Below the pieces are notes generated by a model, which worked only from the letters and a program-made list of their open reading frames with translations, had not been told where the DNA came from and did not search any database. The position numbers and the translations under genes were made by a program. 64,000 nucleotides of DNA from Geosiphon pyriformis uo1 (taxonomy: Eukaryota > Fungi > Glomeromycota): positions 1 through 64,000 of the forward strand of contig JAAOMT010000058.1 in assembly GCA_016748015.1 (NCBI GenBank). Direction: 5' to 3'. Positions 16,680-29,854 of this stretch are shown here, piece by piece; within the stretch, counting starts at the first letter, position 1; each line of letters opens with the position of its first letter.

Positions 16680-18150
16680 AAAATTTTGTCTAAGAATTAT
16701 AATTTTTAACGTAAATAATTTGAAATTTTGAGTTATTTTTAAAATGTAATTCTTTGTATTTTTATAAGAACATGTTCTTTAATTTTATATTACAAAGATC
16801 TTTTTCTATACTATTTCAAAACTTTACTATTTTATCAAAAATTACACTAATATTTTCAAAAGAATTTTATTTAAAACAACAAAGTTATAAATATTTACCA
16901 AAAAACCAATAAATTTTATAAGTTTTTTTATTTGAGTTTTTAAAAAAGCAAATTTGTAATCAATTTTATTATTATAAGATATAAAACTAATTAAATGGTT
17001 TAGAACAATGTTTTTTAAACTAAATACTTTATTAAACACCAAAAAAAGTGGTTTTATAAGCAAAAACCAAGTAATTTTAACTTTTAATATTTGTAATAAT
17101 ATTAGTAATCAAGAATTTTTTACTAAATTTTTTTTTAATATTAATTTTAACTATAATAATATTAAAAGTTTTTTGAATTATAATATGTGTTAAAATATTT
17201 GGTTTTTAATTACAAAATACCTTTATTTTTTTTTAAAGTTTTTATTTAAACTTATAATTGACTTTAAAATTTTGAATTTTATTTTATTAACACAATATTT
17301 TATCTTAAAACTGCTATTTTTTAATTTTTTTTATTATTAAAATTGTTAATTTTATTATTAATTTTAAATTAGTTTTTTTTAAAATTTAATTAATGTTCTA
17401 ATTTTTTTAGTTATAAAATTAATTAATATATTTTTTTTAAATACTAAAATTTTTTTTTATTGTTAAAAAAAATAATATTATTATTAAATAATTTAGATAA
17501 AAAAATAATAAATTTTAAAATAAAATATAATATAAATAATAATAATGTTATGTTTAAAATAAAAAATCCAAATTTTTTTATAAATAATAAAACTTTTATA
17601 AAGTTAATAATATTTTTAATTTTTAATATCAATCTAATATAAATAAAACTATTATATAATTAGTTAGTTTTTAATAATAATATTTTAATTGTAATTATGC
17701 AAAAGATAACTGTTTTAAATAAATTTGTTTTTATAGCTTTAATATAATTTAGTTTTAATTAGGTTTATATTTGATTATATGTTAAAAATATATATGTTTT
17801 GTTTATTTAAGACTTATTTTATAATCGTATTATAATAAATAATAATTGAATTTTACATATTAATTAATAAAAAAAATTTAAATTCAAAAAACTTTTTATT
17901 TTTTTATTTATAAATTTTATATTTATAATTAAAACAATAATAAAACATTAATTCTTTATTAATATTTAACTATATTTAACATTATATATTTCATATTAAT
18001 ATGCTTTTTACATATAATCATTTATTTAAATTTATATTAAAATTATAAATTTAAACATGCAATTGTAAAAATTGTAAAAAATTCTTTAATGTGTTACAAT
18101 ATATTTTATACCTGTAAGCATAAGAGTAAATTATTAATATATTAGCCTAA
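16680..18150. other. Extremely AT-rich non-coding island (similar tracts at ~8660-9420, ~30000-30500, ~31510-32220)
   Basis: Almost only A/T with virtually no CpG; the ORFs there are K/I/N/F/L-biased artefacts. Confidence 0.8.
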
Positions 18151-18266
18151 TAGCATGTTTGAAACTGATTTCAAAGTTTTCAGGTTATCAAGGATAAAAC
18201 AATTATCCACATAATTTTATAAATTCATTAGTCAAATAACCTTTTTTCGACTGTTGCAAAAAAGAA

Positions 18267-19675
18267 TTAAATTTCTTTTAATGGATCATGTTCCGTTGGA
18301 TCATATGGCAAATCACTAGCCGCAAGTTTACGCCTTAAATCGTCTTTAGCTTGCACACGAGATTGATAACGTGTAGCCTTTTCAGCTCTTATATTTCGGC
18401 GAATCTAGGGTGCGAATTAGACTAATTTAATACTGAAATTATTTCATCACATCACTCAATCAATACTATTCATAGAATGAAGAAAAATCAACAAAACCTG
18501 GGATGGCGTTATAAACTCTGGATTGGCAAAGATAGAAGCCCCACCAAAGCTTCCCTCGAATATTCGAATCACATTCAGGACAAATCTTGGACCTATTTCT
18601 ACTAAAGAAATATCTTTATGATCCTTGACTTTCTTGCTACTTTTTTCTGTTGAATCTTTTTCAACAATCTTTTGATTTGGCCAAAGTACGTTTTATTAAA
18701 CATTTACATTCAGAAATTGTTGCAGAATTGAGAATAGACGAAAATAAATAAAAACCTGATAATTACGGAACCATATCCGATCATCAGCTATCGAAAAAGA
18801 CATTACATGATCAATGAAAGGTTTTGCTCGACGCGCTCCTTTAGGAACTCCAAATATCTTGAAAGGGTAAAGTTGTTAGAGTTGAAAAATATTATTCTGA
18901 AGTCATTTCTAAGGATTCTCCTTACATGAGTAAAGACTTCTTTGACAAGCGCTAAATGAGGTTTAAATTCGAAATTTTTGTCAAAAGAAAGAAGGGGTCT
19001 TGATCCTTTTAAACAATTTCCAGTCATCTTCAATTCATCCATTGTATGAACTTTAATAAGAAAAAATCCCGTTTAGTATTATTTCTCAACTAAATGACCA
19101 TCCCCAATTTCACTTACTATTTTGTACATGAAACTTTATACTGGGTCCATTAGGAGTTTTACTAGCCCATAGGTACAAATCCTGCTTTCGACGAACCTCA
19201 AAATACACGCAATTATTGCAATTATTCAGTTCGGCGAGTTCATTCAAAATGCCTAATTGTGATTTCTGATCAAGTTTGGCATCTAGATTTTGAAAATAAG
19301 AAATCAATCAATCAATCCGTTCAACCATTCAACAACCAGAAATTTATTGAAATTTTTGAATTAGAATTTAATTGATCAGTTTCATACCCTTCTTAAAATG
19401 TGGCAACAACGAACCAAGATCATTAAGAAGATGCCTTTGTCTGTGGAAAATAAAAAGTTAATTTAAAAAGATATAATACATCATACGAATAAAGCGAAAA
19501 CCTACCGATAATTTATCCCTCGCGAAGATAATGCCAATACTCGCTGTTTATTCTTTTGTAATTTTTCCTCCTTAAAGCCAATAGTTTGCTTAATAGTTTT
19601 ATCGTCTACTTGATGAAGTGAGTTGTTGCTGGCGTTGTCTTGTTTGGCTTTAGCGAGCTTGAATACTGTGGCCAT
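18267..19675 (-). CDS. BRX1: Ribosome biogenesis Brix-domain protein Brx1, multi-exon
   Basis: NKQRVLALSSRGINYR, LNELAELNNCNNCVYFEVRRKQDLYLW, GPSIKFHVQN, MDELKMTGNCLKGSRPLLSFD, LVEIGPRFVL. Confidence 0.93.
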
Positions 19676-19791
19676 GTTGGTGACTCGTGAATTTTTTATG
19701 TATAAAGAATTTTATTTGATTCTGAAAACAATTTCAGATCTACCATCTAATATTATCAAAAATTTTTGATTGCTCGACTACTTTCCCAATC
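19676..19791. promoter_or_regulatory. Very short divergent (bidirectional) promoter between BRX1 and MED1
   Basis: Head-to-head ATGs only 116 bp apart. TAH18/DID2 (221 bp) and HDAC11/SHP1 (446 bp) are also divergent pairs. Confidence 0.6.
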
Positions 19792-22700
19792 ATGAATACA
19801 CCTAATGAATCCACAGTTCTCTCTTCAGTACACAGTTTAACTTCTCTGCTTAAAGCAGTCCAAAAAGACTGGGGACTTCACAGCCATAAGGGTGAGAACC
19901 CGCACGATTCCAAAGAGACGCTTACTGACTCTTCTAACGGTAACTGGTTTCGTTGCACTTACTCAAAATTTCTGATCTAACCATCAATTTGCCTCATTTT
20001 GAAACTCAGCCATTCATTCACTTGGACCAGTCAACTTAGCAAAACTATCCGCCGATTTTTCAAATAACATTAATCTCTTACGAAGCATTTTAAAGAGTTG
20101 TCGAGATGTTATCATTCCAGAGGCTTCCAACTATGATCAACCTGAAGGTGTTATGCGTAAACTCATCAACTTATTAAAGGTATCTGAAAACTTATCAATT
20201 GCTGCAATACTTTATTTTTGAATATAAAATTTGAATGCAAAGATTTAGCTTCCGCATGTTGATCCATATAGGAAGAAGCGCAAATTTCTTCCACACTTTT
20301 AGATTTACAAGAGAGTATAAGTGAATGTAAAGGCCTGCTTTTGGATGCATGTACAGATTCCATACAAGATCCAAAGCTGGTTAACAAGCAGATTATGAGA
20401 ATAGCCAAAGAATTTGGGTATGATTTATCGAAAGTGCTATTCTTTTTGTTCCATTAGTTTACAATTTTTATTACTTGAAACAACAGCAATGAAACTTTTT
20501 TCGAAAAACATGAAAATCCTGAATTTTCCACATTGACAATTATTGGAAAGGTTATTGTTCTCGATGTAAGTTTATTGAAGGCCATTTTTAGTCACAAAGT
20601 CTCAATTTATAAGAGATTATTTCCTGATTCCTTCTCCTTTCATAAACTTGGCAGATAGATTTCAATAAAAGGTCTTACGCTATCAACAAAGCAAGAATCT
20701 CTTACCATTATGAGATTCATCAAGTGAGAAAAAGTTGAATTGGTATTTTCAATTCATTTTTTTAAGGGATATTTACCAATATTTCTTTGAAAAATAGGTT
20801 GATGATCTTTTGACCAACCTTTTGCAGTAAGTTTCGTGATATATTTCTATCTTTCAATTACCATAAATTACCTCTTTGATATGTTTATGAATATTTTAGA
20901 TCAAAGAATATTAAGCTATTTCGAAAGAATTTCGAAGTCTTAAACAGACTCGACGAATTCTGTAAGAACCATTCACCGATAGATTTTTTCCAGTGTTTGA
21001 AATGTATCACATCAGATATTTATTCCATATATGAAAGAGAGAGGTAAAACTCTAATTATATCTCAAAAAAATTTAATTTATGATTTGAATGCGATTTTCT
21101 TCTCACTAAATATCCTCTTTAAAAAGTTCTTTTGAAAACGATATTTCTCGGATTATGGTCCAAGGTCATGGTATTCCTATATCGAATGTCGAACTTATGG
21201 GACCATCAATCGCCTATTGGGCTCCTCGATATTTAATGTTAGAGACGAATTGGGATATGATAAAAGGAATTTTAGGACAAGGTAAAGACTCTTGCTTTTT
21301 CTCTGGGTTACCAATTTACTTTAACTTATTCTCCTTTCACACCATGGTTCATAGGTATTGGTTATGAATCCTTGACCAAATTTTATCGTCTTTGGATTAC
21401 GATGGAAGATTCACATTCAATAAACGAGTTCTTGGCTCTTGATAGTCCGCAATATTTGCTTCATGATGACCAAACAGAAGAATTGAATTTGAGGTTACTC
21501 ATTTTATCACTCCAAACTCGAGATCCCGACCACTTGCTGATACATTCATAAATGTGTATTAGTTATGATATCATTACAGATGATACCTCGACAGTACTTC
21601 CCGACCCTTTGAAGTTTAAAAACCCTAAAAAGGGTACAACACCTTCGGCGCCTGTTCATTTTGTTGCCCGCCTTGAACCACCTGTTTATGTGACCGATAG
21701 TACAGCAAGGATAATAGGAAATTATGCATCCATCAGAAGCAGAGGTGGGAAATCTATATAGGTGATTATATCTTTTACTTCTAAAACATTAACCAAAAAG
21801 CAGCTGAAAACAGGAAATATTTTGAGTGGTTTATATGAAAAGCGAGATACAGATACAATGTCATTAGAACAGCTTCTGGTAGGTAGTTTCGACTCGATCT
21901 TTTTCTGAAAGAAACAGTAATTTGATTTCTTACAATTATTAGATCAAAGATGTGATTCCGAACCCAACCCTGTCTGTCCTTTTGACTGCCTTGAGTCCTG
22001 GTGTGCGATGGGAAACGGTTGAAAAGAATTTCTTGTTTTATTTTGATGACTTGATTCGTAGGATATAATTAAATTTCTTTTTTAACTCTTAAATACCAGC
22101 AATTTGATCAGCAATACATCCAGAGCTACTGTCTTGAAAATTTGTTTCTTACAAACGCAAAAAAAATTGACCGGGTTCCTTTTACACATATTAGCCATCT
22201 TTATGCGATTATGAAGGTAAGTAAATTGTTTTTTAAATCGCGAACCATCTTTGAAATTTTCAAAATACTGAAAACATCAAATTCAAATATTTCTCTTTTA
22301 AGGTTTTGCGACAACAGCTCACATTCAACACATTATTTCAAAGCATCTTCAATTCTAGCAGTTACCGATCATCTTCAGACTATCAACATACAGCTGAGAC
22401 AATGTTTGAAGGTGAGTAGATTTTTAATAATTAGTAGCGTTTACAACTATGTAATTAACAAAAAATTCCACATGTTTTTAATTTTTTAGAAAATATTATT
22501 AACATTAAAGTTGTCACTGAAGAGCCACCAAAACAAATTTCGGTTTCCTTTGAAATACCAGACACAAAACAATCCTTGACCCTACAAATTTTAATCTTGT
22601 CCCAAGATGCTCAACCTTATGTGATTTTTCAAGGAGAGAGCAGTGAATTTGATAGAAAAATGACCTTAGTACTTCAGACGTGCCAAAATATACCCATGTT

Positions 22701-22857
22701 GGTTAGGTGGGTTCTAAATGCATTTATTGGGACTGGAATTGGAAACGAGATTGGAGAAGATATTGCGACTGGAATTGAGCCTTCTGTTGAACTTGCAGCG
22801 CCATTAGAAGACAATCTTATGGATATCGAAATTGTAGACGCCTTTTCTGTTGAATGA
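19792..22857 (+). CDS. MED1: Mediator subunit Med1, multi-exon
   Basis: GKVIVLDIDF, GHGIP..GPSIAYWA, HFVARLEPPV, and the Med1-type motif RVPFTHISHLYAIMKVLRQQLTFNTLFQSIF. Confidence 0.75.
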
Positions 22858-23735
22858 TGGAAGCAAATTTCAATCCAATAGATTATTTACAATTTGTTGT
22901 TCAATGAGTTCAAGTCGAGAATAGAAGTAAATTTTGTCTGCTAATTCTCTTCCGGTCATGAGTCATGTATACTTTCAAGTTTCCAATACAAGAACCCCAG
23001 GGCGTTGAGGATTATGACCCAATATATTTATCTTTGAAATTTTCAAGACAGTTATATTCTATTCCTAGTCCTGAAGAGAAACCTCAAACGGAAAAACTAG
23101 ACGATGAAATCATGCGCTTTTAAAGTAGAGGTTTATATTCCTATTGACTTTTTAACGGTAGTAACCATTAAAGTCGGAAAAGTGAAGTTATATTACAGAG
23201 CTCGCTGTCTTGCAGTATTAAAGATCATATCAGCGAGAAATCCAAAATTCAAAGATAGCTTTAACAATAGTGGTAATTCTGCTCATTTGATTAAAAATAT
23301 CTTATCAAAAGCTTTCGGGTAAGGTTAGATTTGTAAAAGAGTATAATTTCAGTCGAAATTTTTAAAAAAAAATCGAATTTACATTTTAAAAGTGAACCAA
23401 ATAAGAAATTTCAATATTTACGGGTCTAGCTTTTAAATTTAACAAGTGTATATTATATTTTTCAAAAAATAACACAACAAATTGTTTTCTAAAGTTTTTG
23501 TTTACATTTTTAATAAGTCAGTTGTGAATGGAAGCTTCCTCAACAATCTATTCTATTTACAATTTATCAAATACATCACTTTTTTACCACGTGATTGCTT
23601 TAAATACCAGGAGTTCAATGACTATAAAAAACACCAATAGCTCTGATGATCCTTTGCAAAATTTCTTATCTCTAATTTCTTCTGTATTGTCTTCAAGAGA
23701 ACGACTATATCTGAAATATCATAAATTTTACTAAC

Positions 23736-25284
23736 ATGGACGTTTCAGCACAACTGAAAGCACAAGCTAATAAATAGTATGTACCTGAACTAAATATTCC
23801 TATATTTTATTAGAGTTAATGCACAATAAAAATCGGGATATCTGATATCTTATATCTTTTGATGACCTCGCAATGAAATCGATTAATTTTCGCAATCTCG
23901 CGATTGTTAATTGGTCTTGTATTTTTGGTCGTAAAATATATATGAAGCAAACCAATCACAGTGGAGAAACCGGTTCCATTGGAATTTGATCTTGGATTAT
24001 TGGCAGCTTTTGATACCAATGCATTGGATGATACGAAATTAAAGTCAGTTTTTTCATCATCTATTGGCTTAATTCCTTATTAGATTTGATTTCCAAAAAG
24101 CAAAATTGATCTCCTCTATTCACGACATCCTTCCGTTCCTTCGAATAATAATAGAACAAACACAGATGATTATCTAAAAGAGTATAATCGTGATGCTGTT
24201 CAACTCTTATTTAACGAAATCTTTAAGCTTCCCGTGTTAGTTCAAGATGCTAGTGTATTCGTTGAATTACCGGAGGTGAAAACAATTTTACCGAGAGAGA
24301 AGCGCGTAAGAACCATCCAGATTCTAAGTTCTTTGAGTGTTCTCCAAACTGGCCGAATTTTTTTCTTGACCATTGGGCATATTGGATTTCGATTGGTTTT
24401 TCTCTGATTTTAAATTTTATTAAAGTTACCAAAAGCGAAGCCTCCTACACGATGGGAGAAATTTGCAAAGACAAAGGGTATTCAAAAACAGAAAAAGAGC
24501 AAAATGATATTTAACGAGGCGACTGGTGAATGGGTCTCAAGATGGGGTTACAAGGGTGTCAACGATGATGGAGCAAATGATTGGTTGATACCTGTATCGG
24601 CGAATGATGGTGAAAGTTTTCTCAAAAAAACTCGTATTTTTTCCAGATCAGTCCTTATACCAAATAATGAATTTCCAATTTCCAATTCATAATCAGATCC
24701 ATTTCAAGATCAATTCGCTAAACGACGTGAAGCCAAAAAACAACGTGTTAGCAAAAATGAGGCACGACATCAACGTAATTTGGACGAGACTGCCGCAAAA
24801 GACAAAAATAGCTCAGCTACTGCCATTCTTGATCCAAAATCTACGAGAAAAGCCGAGTTATATAAAGAGATTGCAATCTCCAAGACTGCAACAGCCAGTA
24901 TCGGGAAATTTGATAAGCCGTTGGAGGGTGAACCTAAAATCAAGGGTATTAAAAGAAAGGTAATTAATTAACTTGAGGTTTCGAAAGTTATTCAGTAATT
25001 ACAGCCTCTTTAGCTCGAACATTATAATCTTTTTTAATAATTAAAATTTCCTTTTTTTATTGCAGTTCGAACCAACCATCGTGGTAGATCTTAAACAGGA
25101 GAAAGAAAAAAGCTTGAATATATTGAAAAAGGTTGTCAGTAAAACCGGCGGGAGTAATGTGTTGAATATAAGAAAGGTATGTATTCAGAAATTTTGATTT
25201 GGCAGAAATTTTTTTATTTGCTCATTCAATTTTTATTTTGTCAACACTTTTATATAGGCTATTGCTAAAACTAAAAAAAGCTGA
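23736..25284 (+). CDS. RRS1: Ribosome biogenesis regulator Rrs1, multi-exon
   Basis: [76 protein letters not shown]. Confidence 0.92.
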
Positions 25285-25862
25285 TTGTAGCAATTATTAG
25301 AGTATTATAAAAGAAGATTAAAACTCCTTTGGAAAGTATTTTGGTACCTTTCCTATCTACCCTCCTTATCAAATTTCCAAGTCTACACCCGGCGTTTTCT
25401 ATTTAAACTGAAGCTTGAACAGTCAATATAATTATTATAAATTTGATGTAAATCGTGGTTTCTTTGAACTTTTCAAGTGGGCAGAATTCAAGGTACCAAA
25501 GATAGTATGATTCGTCCTTTAGAGAGATATCCTTAATTCTACTCAGAGAATAAGAATCTTATAGGTTTAGGAATTACCATTATCAAATTCTCACATATAA
25601 CCAATAAGATGAAATTCAGGCAATGATACTTCTTTAATCGAAATAAATGAAAACTTGACCTTTCAACTTAAGATCCAGACTTATCTAAAGGCATTAACAA
25701 ATTAATCCTGTGTTATTTTCCGTGGGTACTGGGGATGTTAAAGCTGTTAAATAAAAAAGAATTGTAGGAAATTTTGTTAGATAACATCGATTATGATAAT
25801 CACATAGTAGTCAGATGATTAAATATATATGGAGGGACATTATATATGTTTTCTCTTCACTA

Positions 25863-27709
25863 ATGTCTTCCTTTCAAAAACGAATACCAAAGACCTTTTT
25901 AACTGATTACGGAGCGTCAGCAATCAATTCCAAGACTCCACCGGGGATTAGGCCATCTTCGTATAATGGGCAACCTCTAATCTCAACTGGTGTACTCTCT
26001 TTTGATGATATCCTTTTTCTTTCACTTTCTCACTTCAAAGATCTCCGGGTCAAATTCTATTATTTTTAGTATTAATTTACACCATCCAACGATATTAGTT
26101 CAATGCATTCATCGAAAATCAAATACCATTTTCTGTGGGCTCTGATTTTTAAATACATATTTTAGGTGGTGGCATTCCAATAGGTTCAGTTTTATTGATT
26201 GCCGAGGATCGAAACACAAGTTACGCGAAATTGTTGATGAAGTATTTTATAGCACAGGGTTTTATACACGGTAATAAGATTTTGGTAACTAGTGGGGATG
26301 ATGATCCAAAAAATCTGGTAAAAGGATGTATGTGGATAAGTGACAGAGAGGAACGAGGCTCGGAGGATGATAAATTGAAGGGACATGGCAAAAAGGAGAA
26401 AAAACCACAGGATGGGGAGGAAGATGATGACTGTTCTAATGATGATGAAGAGGAGGGAAATTCTGAAAAAATGAAGATAGCTTGGCGTTATAAAGGAATG
26501 AAAAAACTTGGCAGTCATGTAGGCGTTGGTTTGACGTTAAATAAAGGTATACTCAAATTAGTCAAGTTTCTATTTATGATCATCAAAATGGAAATTCTAT
26601 AAATCTTCAAACCCTTTTTAGCATCGACTCTTCCATCAATATCACCTCTTCTAACTGAGTCGCCAAAACAAAATCAATTATCCTTTTGTAATACGTTTGA
26701 TCTGACAAAACGTATACCAGATGCTGTCCTGGATTCAGCCTCCTTGTGGCCTGTTGATGTTTCAAAATTGAGCCTATATGATAATCTTGATAGAATAAAT
26801 GAAAATGAAGGAAGAAACGTTTATGATCATATTTTGAGCGAGATCAGGAACGCTATTAGTGAGAATAGTCAAATGGTGTCTCAAAACGTGTTACGAGTTG
26901 CAATACACTCCATCGCGTCTCCAATGTGGCCTAATGCATCTGTGGAAGTAAGTTTTTTAATCATTCAAATAATTTCCCATGTATTATTATCTACTTAATC
27001 TATGAATTTCCACTTTTTCTATCTCAATTCAGGAATTATTCAAATTCTTTCACGCTCTACGAGGCATTCTGCGATCTTCCAATGGAACAGCTGTAGTAAC
27101 AATACCAGCCTATTTATATGCTTCTCATAATTCTGGATTATCAGACCTTCATTCTTCACCATTGATTAGGCGCGTCTCTCATATGTGTGACGCGTTGGTT
27201 GGTGTAGAGTCATTTGCTGGTATATATCAAGTCTGTCATTCAAATGCTGCGCAATCTTTAAATACGTCTAACCTACTTTTTGATAACCCTTTCTTATATA
27301 AGGGTCACCCAAAACATGTAACACTCTGTACTCGGCTCATTACAACGGTTTATTTCACGTATATAAACTTCCAACTTTGAATTCTCTTCTCGCGCCTGCG
27401 ACTAAACTATCGATACTTTCAAATGGTGGAGGAAATCAACTGGGTTTCAAATTACGGAGAAAAAAGTTTTCGATTGAAACATTTCATTTACCACCCGAAG
27501 GTGGTGTAGGTGAGAGAAGAGTTGGGGGTAGTAGTGAAGTAGAAAATGCACATGAAAATTTAAAAAAGCCCAATGTTACCGAGAAAAACGATGATGTTTC
27601 GACCTTTTTCCCAAAGAAATTTGGACCACGCACTGGTGGTTTTAACATTAAATCGGCGAGGCTGCACCATGGGAAAATGGGCACTGCCGAGGAAACTTTA
27701 GAGTTTTGA
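25863..27709 (+). CDS. ELP4: Elongator subunit Elp4, multi-exon
   Basis: PGIRPSSYNGQPLISTGVLSFDDILGGGIPIGS, YAKLLMKYFIAQG, KMKIAWRY, FCNTFDLTKR, LGFKLRRKKFSIETFHLPP, ends LEF*. Confidence 0.92.
26008..26156 (+). other. U12-type AT-AC intron 1 of ELP4
   Basis: Donor ATATCCTTTT, acceptor AAATAC. Removal restores SFDDILGGG; no GT donor is available at this junction. Confidence 0.85.
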
Positions 27710-28001
27710 TCAGTTTTTATTGAATGGGTTTAATAGGTTCAAGTTAATTGATCACTTTTACTAAAACTTTTATGCCTATATGTTGAGTCAAGTTTAAAAT
27801 GCTGTTCTGGCTTCTAATTTTAATCGATTGTTGATGTATTGTGATCCATTGTAATAAAAGCGTCTATGAATCCCAAGAGAATTGCATGTGCTTGATCACA
27901 TTGCTGGGAAGATCGATAAGTGGTCTTGAGTTCCGGTAACCCCTTACAAACATTCTTTAGGCCGGCCATAACTCTTTCTCTATTCCAATTTGATCGCCAT
28001 T

Positions 28002-29854
28002 TCATATGAGTGCACCAAATCTAAAAAGATGTTGTGGAAGATGCAGGAGTCGGACGCGTAGAAAACACAAAACCCAAAACAATTGCGGTCAGTACTAATG
28101 CTACAGTGATTCCAAATCCCAAAGCCATACCACTACCACCACCTTCACCCTCATTATAACTACTATGCTTATGTCTACGAGTATTTCGTTTTTCTTTACT
28201 ACGAGGTTTTTGTGATGATGATGATGATGATGGTTTGGAATATCGCCGAGAAACCTCAGCAGAAGATGAAGATGTTGACGATGAAGAATTAGCACTAGAA
28301 CTATAAGGAGTAGTGAAGAATGCGTACCCGAACACGCTCTTAATTGGATTCCAGTAATAGTTTTGCCAGTTTCGACGAACAACTTCTTCCTCGCCTACTG
28401 GTACTCCTTCTTGGGTAATGTGAACACGCGTAAAGTCACTTGCTTGATCAAAGGTCAGAATGACATTTGAAAAGTGTTCTGGCATGAATATTCGAGGATG
28501 AAGAAAGTGTGGCGGTGAACATTTTTGGAAATGTTTGCTGATCAGCTATGTCTGGATATGATTGAATTTACCTTCGGGCCACGTCTTCAAACGCCAAGTT
28601 TGTGCGATTCTTTGATTCGGGATCTAGAAGAATATTGTAACAACCATTCAGCTTTGAGGCGCACTTATGGAATCGTTTTTTTTTTTAATCAAAACATACT
28701 ATTTACCAGTTCTGTGAATATCCCAGTAATATTCCCACCAAACAAACTATATGCTCCACCCACATGACGAGCCAATTCAGGTTTTGCCCTTGTCCAAATT
28801 GCTACACGTTCGGGATTGAGGTATGCTTCATAAATTTGATCAGCTGACGTTTGGAATTCTATCGTCTCGGTAAGTTTTATTGTATTCAATGACTTTTTGC
28901 CCAGAGATCGACCTGAATCTGCCTTTTCAGAGATCTTAATCGGGGATTCAACCGTAGAGTGGGATGGTGTTACAAGCTGTGTGGGATTTGAAGTAGAAAC
29001 TTCGGATGGCTTAATGTATACATCTTTGCTATGATCTACAAAAAGAAGATGTTGTATAAGAAATGCCGAAAGCAACCTGAAGAGATAAACAGCTTACTGT
29101 CAATAAGGTCTTTAGAGAAGTTCCCCAATCTTTCTCGTAAAAGAGGAACTAAATCTTTCCTCACTAAATCTTCGATAGGTTCTGTACGGCTATTTTCTTC
29201 TTCAACAGTAATATCAAACTAGGAAGAAGTATCATATAAAATCGAAAATCCAATTCATCACTGCCAAAATTATCAGTTTTGATCAATCCACATACCACAA
29301 TATCGCTTGGCTCAGTATCGTGGGCAAATTCAGGTATATGAATTGTGCCCTTGACCTCAGTACCATCCGATGCGTTGCCTGAGAAATCACAAGATTGAGT
29401 CAATTCGTCAAATTTGAAACGTTTAATAACAATGAAATTTAATAACAACCTTTTCAAACTTACCAGACCATTTTAACGTCAATTGAACGTCAAAAATAGT
29501 AATAAGCTTTCCTTTTCGATTGCTCAAATCCACATCGCCTGTACAGGTTTCAAGCTCATTGGTTTTAACTTTAATGCCTTCATGTTCTACGACAAGGTCT
29601 TTTAAATTTTTGTTTAAATAATCTTTCGCCCAGTTAATACAGTTCTTGGTCGTCCTGAAGGGGGGTTTCAATTAATTAGAGCGTTTTATCTCAAAATCTA
29701 GAAATAAATCAACTTGATCAAGAACACCATACCAATGCCTGTTCCAATAAGCGATTCAGAAAGACAAGTCAGAAGCAATTTCGGAATATCAAAGATATCA
29801 AATACAAAAAACTGAAAAAACATGCCAATTATTGACGTTTTTCCAACTACTCAT
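28002..29854 (-). CDS. AHA1: Hsp90 ATPase activator Aha1, multi-exon (fully spliced form ends SVFGFGALI*)
   Basis: MSSWKNVNNWHWTTKNCINWA (NxNNWHW motif), SNRKGKLITIFDV, FSKDLIDHSKDV, AHSA1 domain GGAYSLFGGNITG...NWQNYYWNPIKSVFG. Confidence 0.93.

Noticed and set aside
16842-17642. ORFs in the AT-rich island, or a possible organellar/endosymbiont insert
   Set aside because: Composition artefacts with no recognisable protein or RNA motifs.
23777-23947. Possible intronic C/D snoRNA in RRS1 intron 1 (TGATGA, short inverted repeats)
   Set aside because: No downstream D box (CTGA) or terminal stem.
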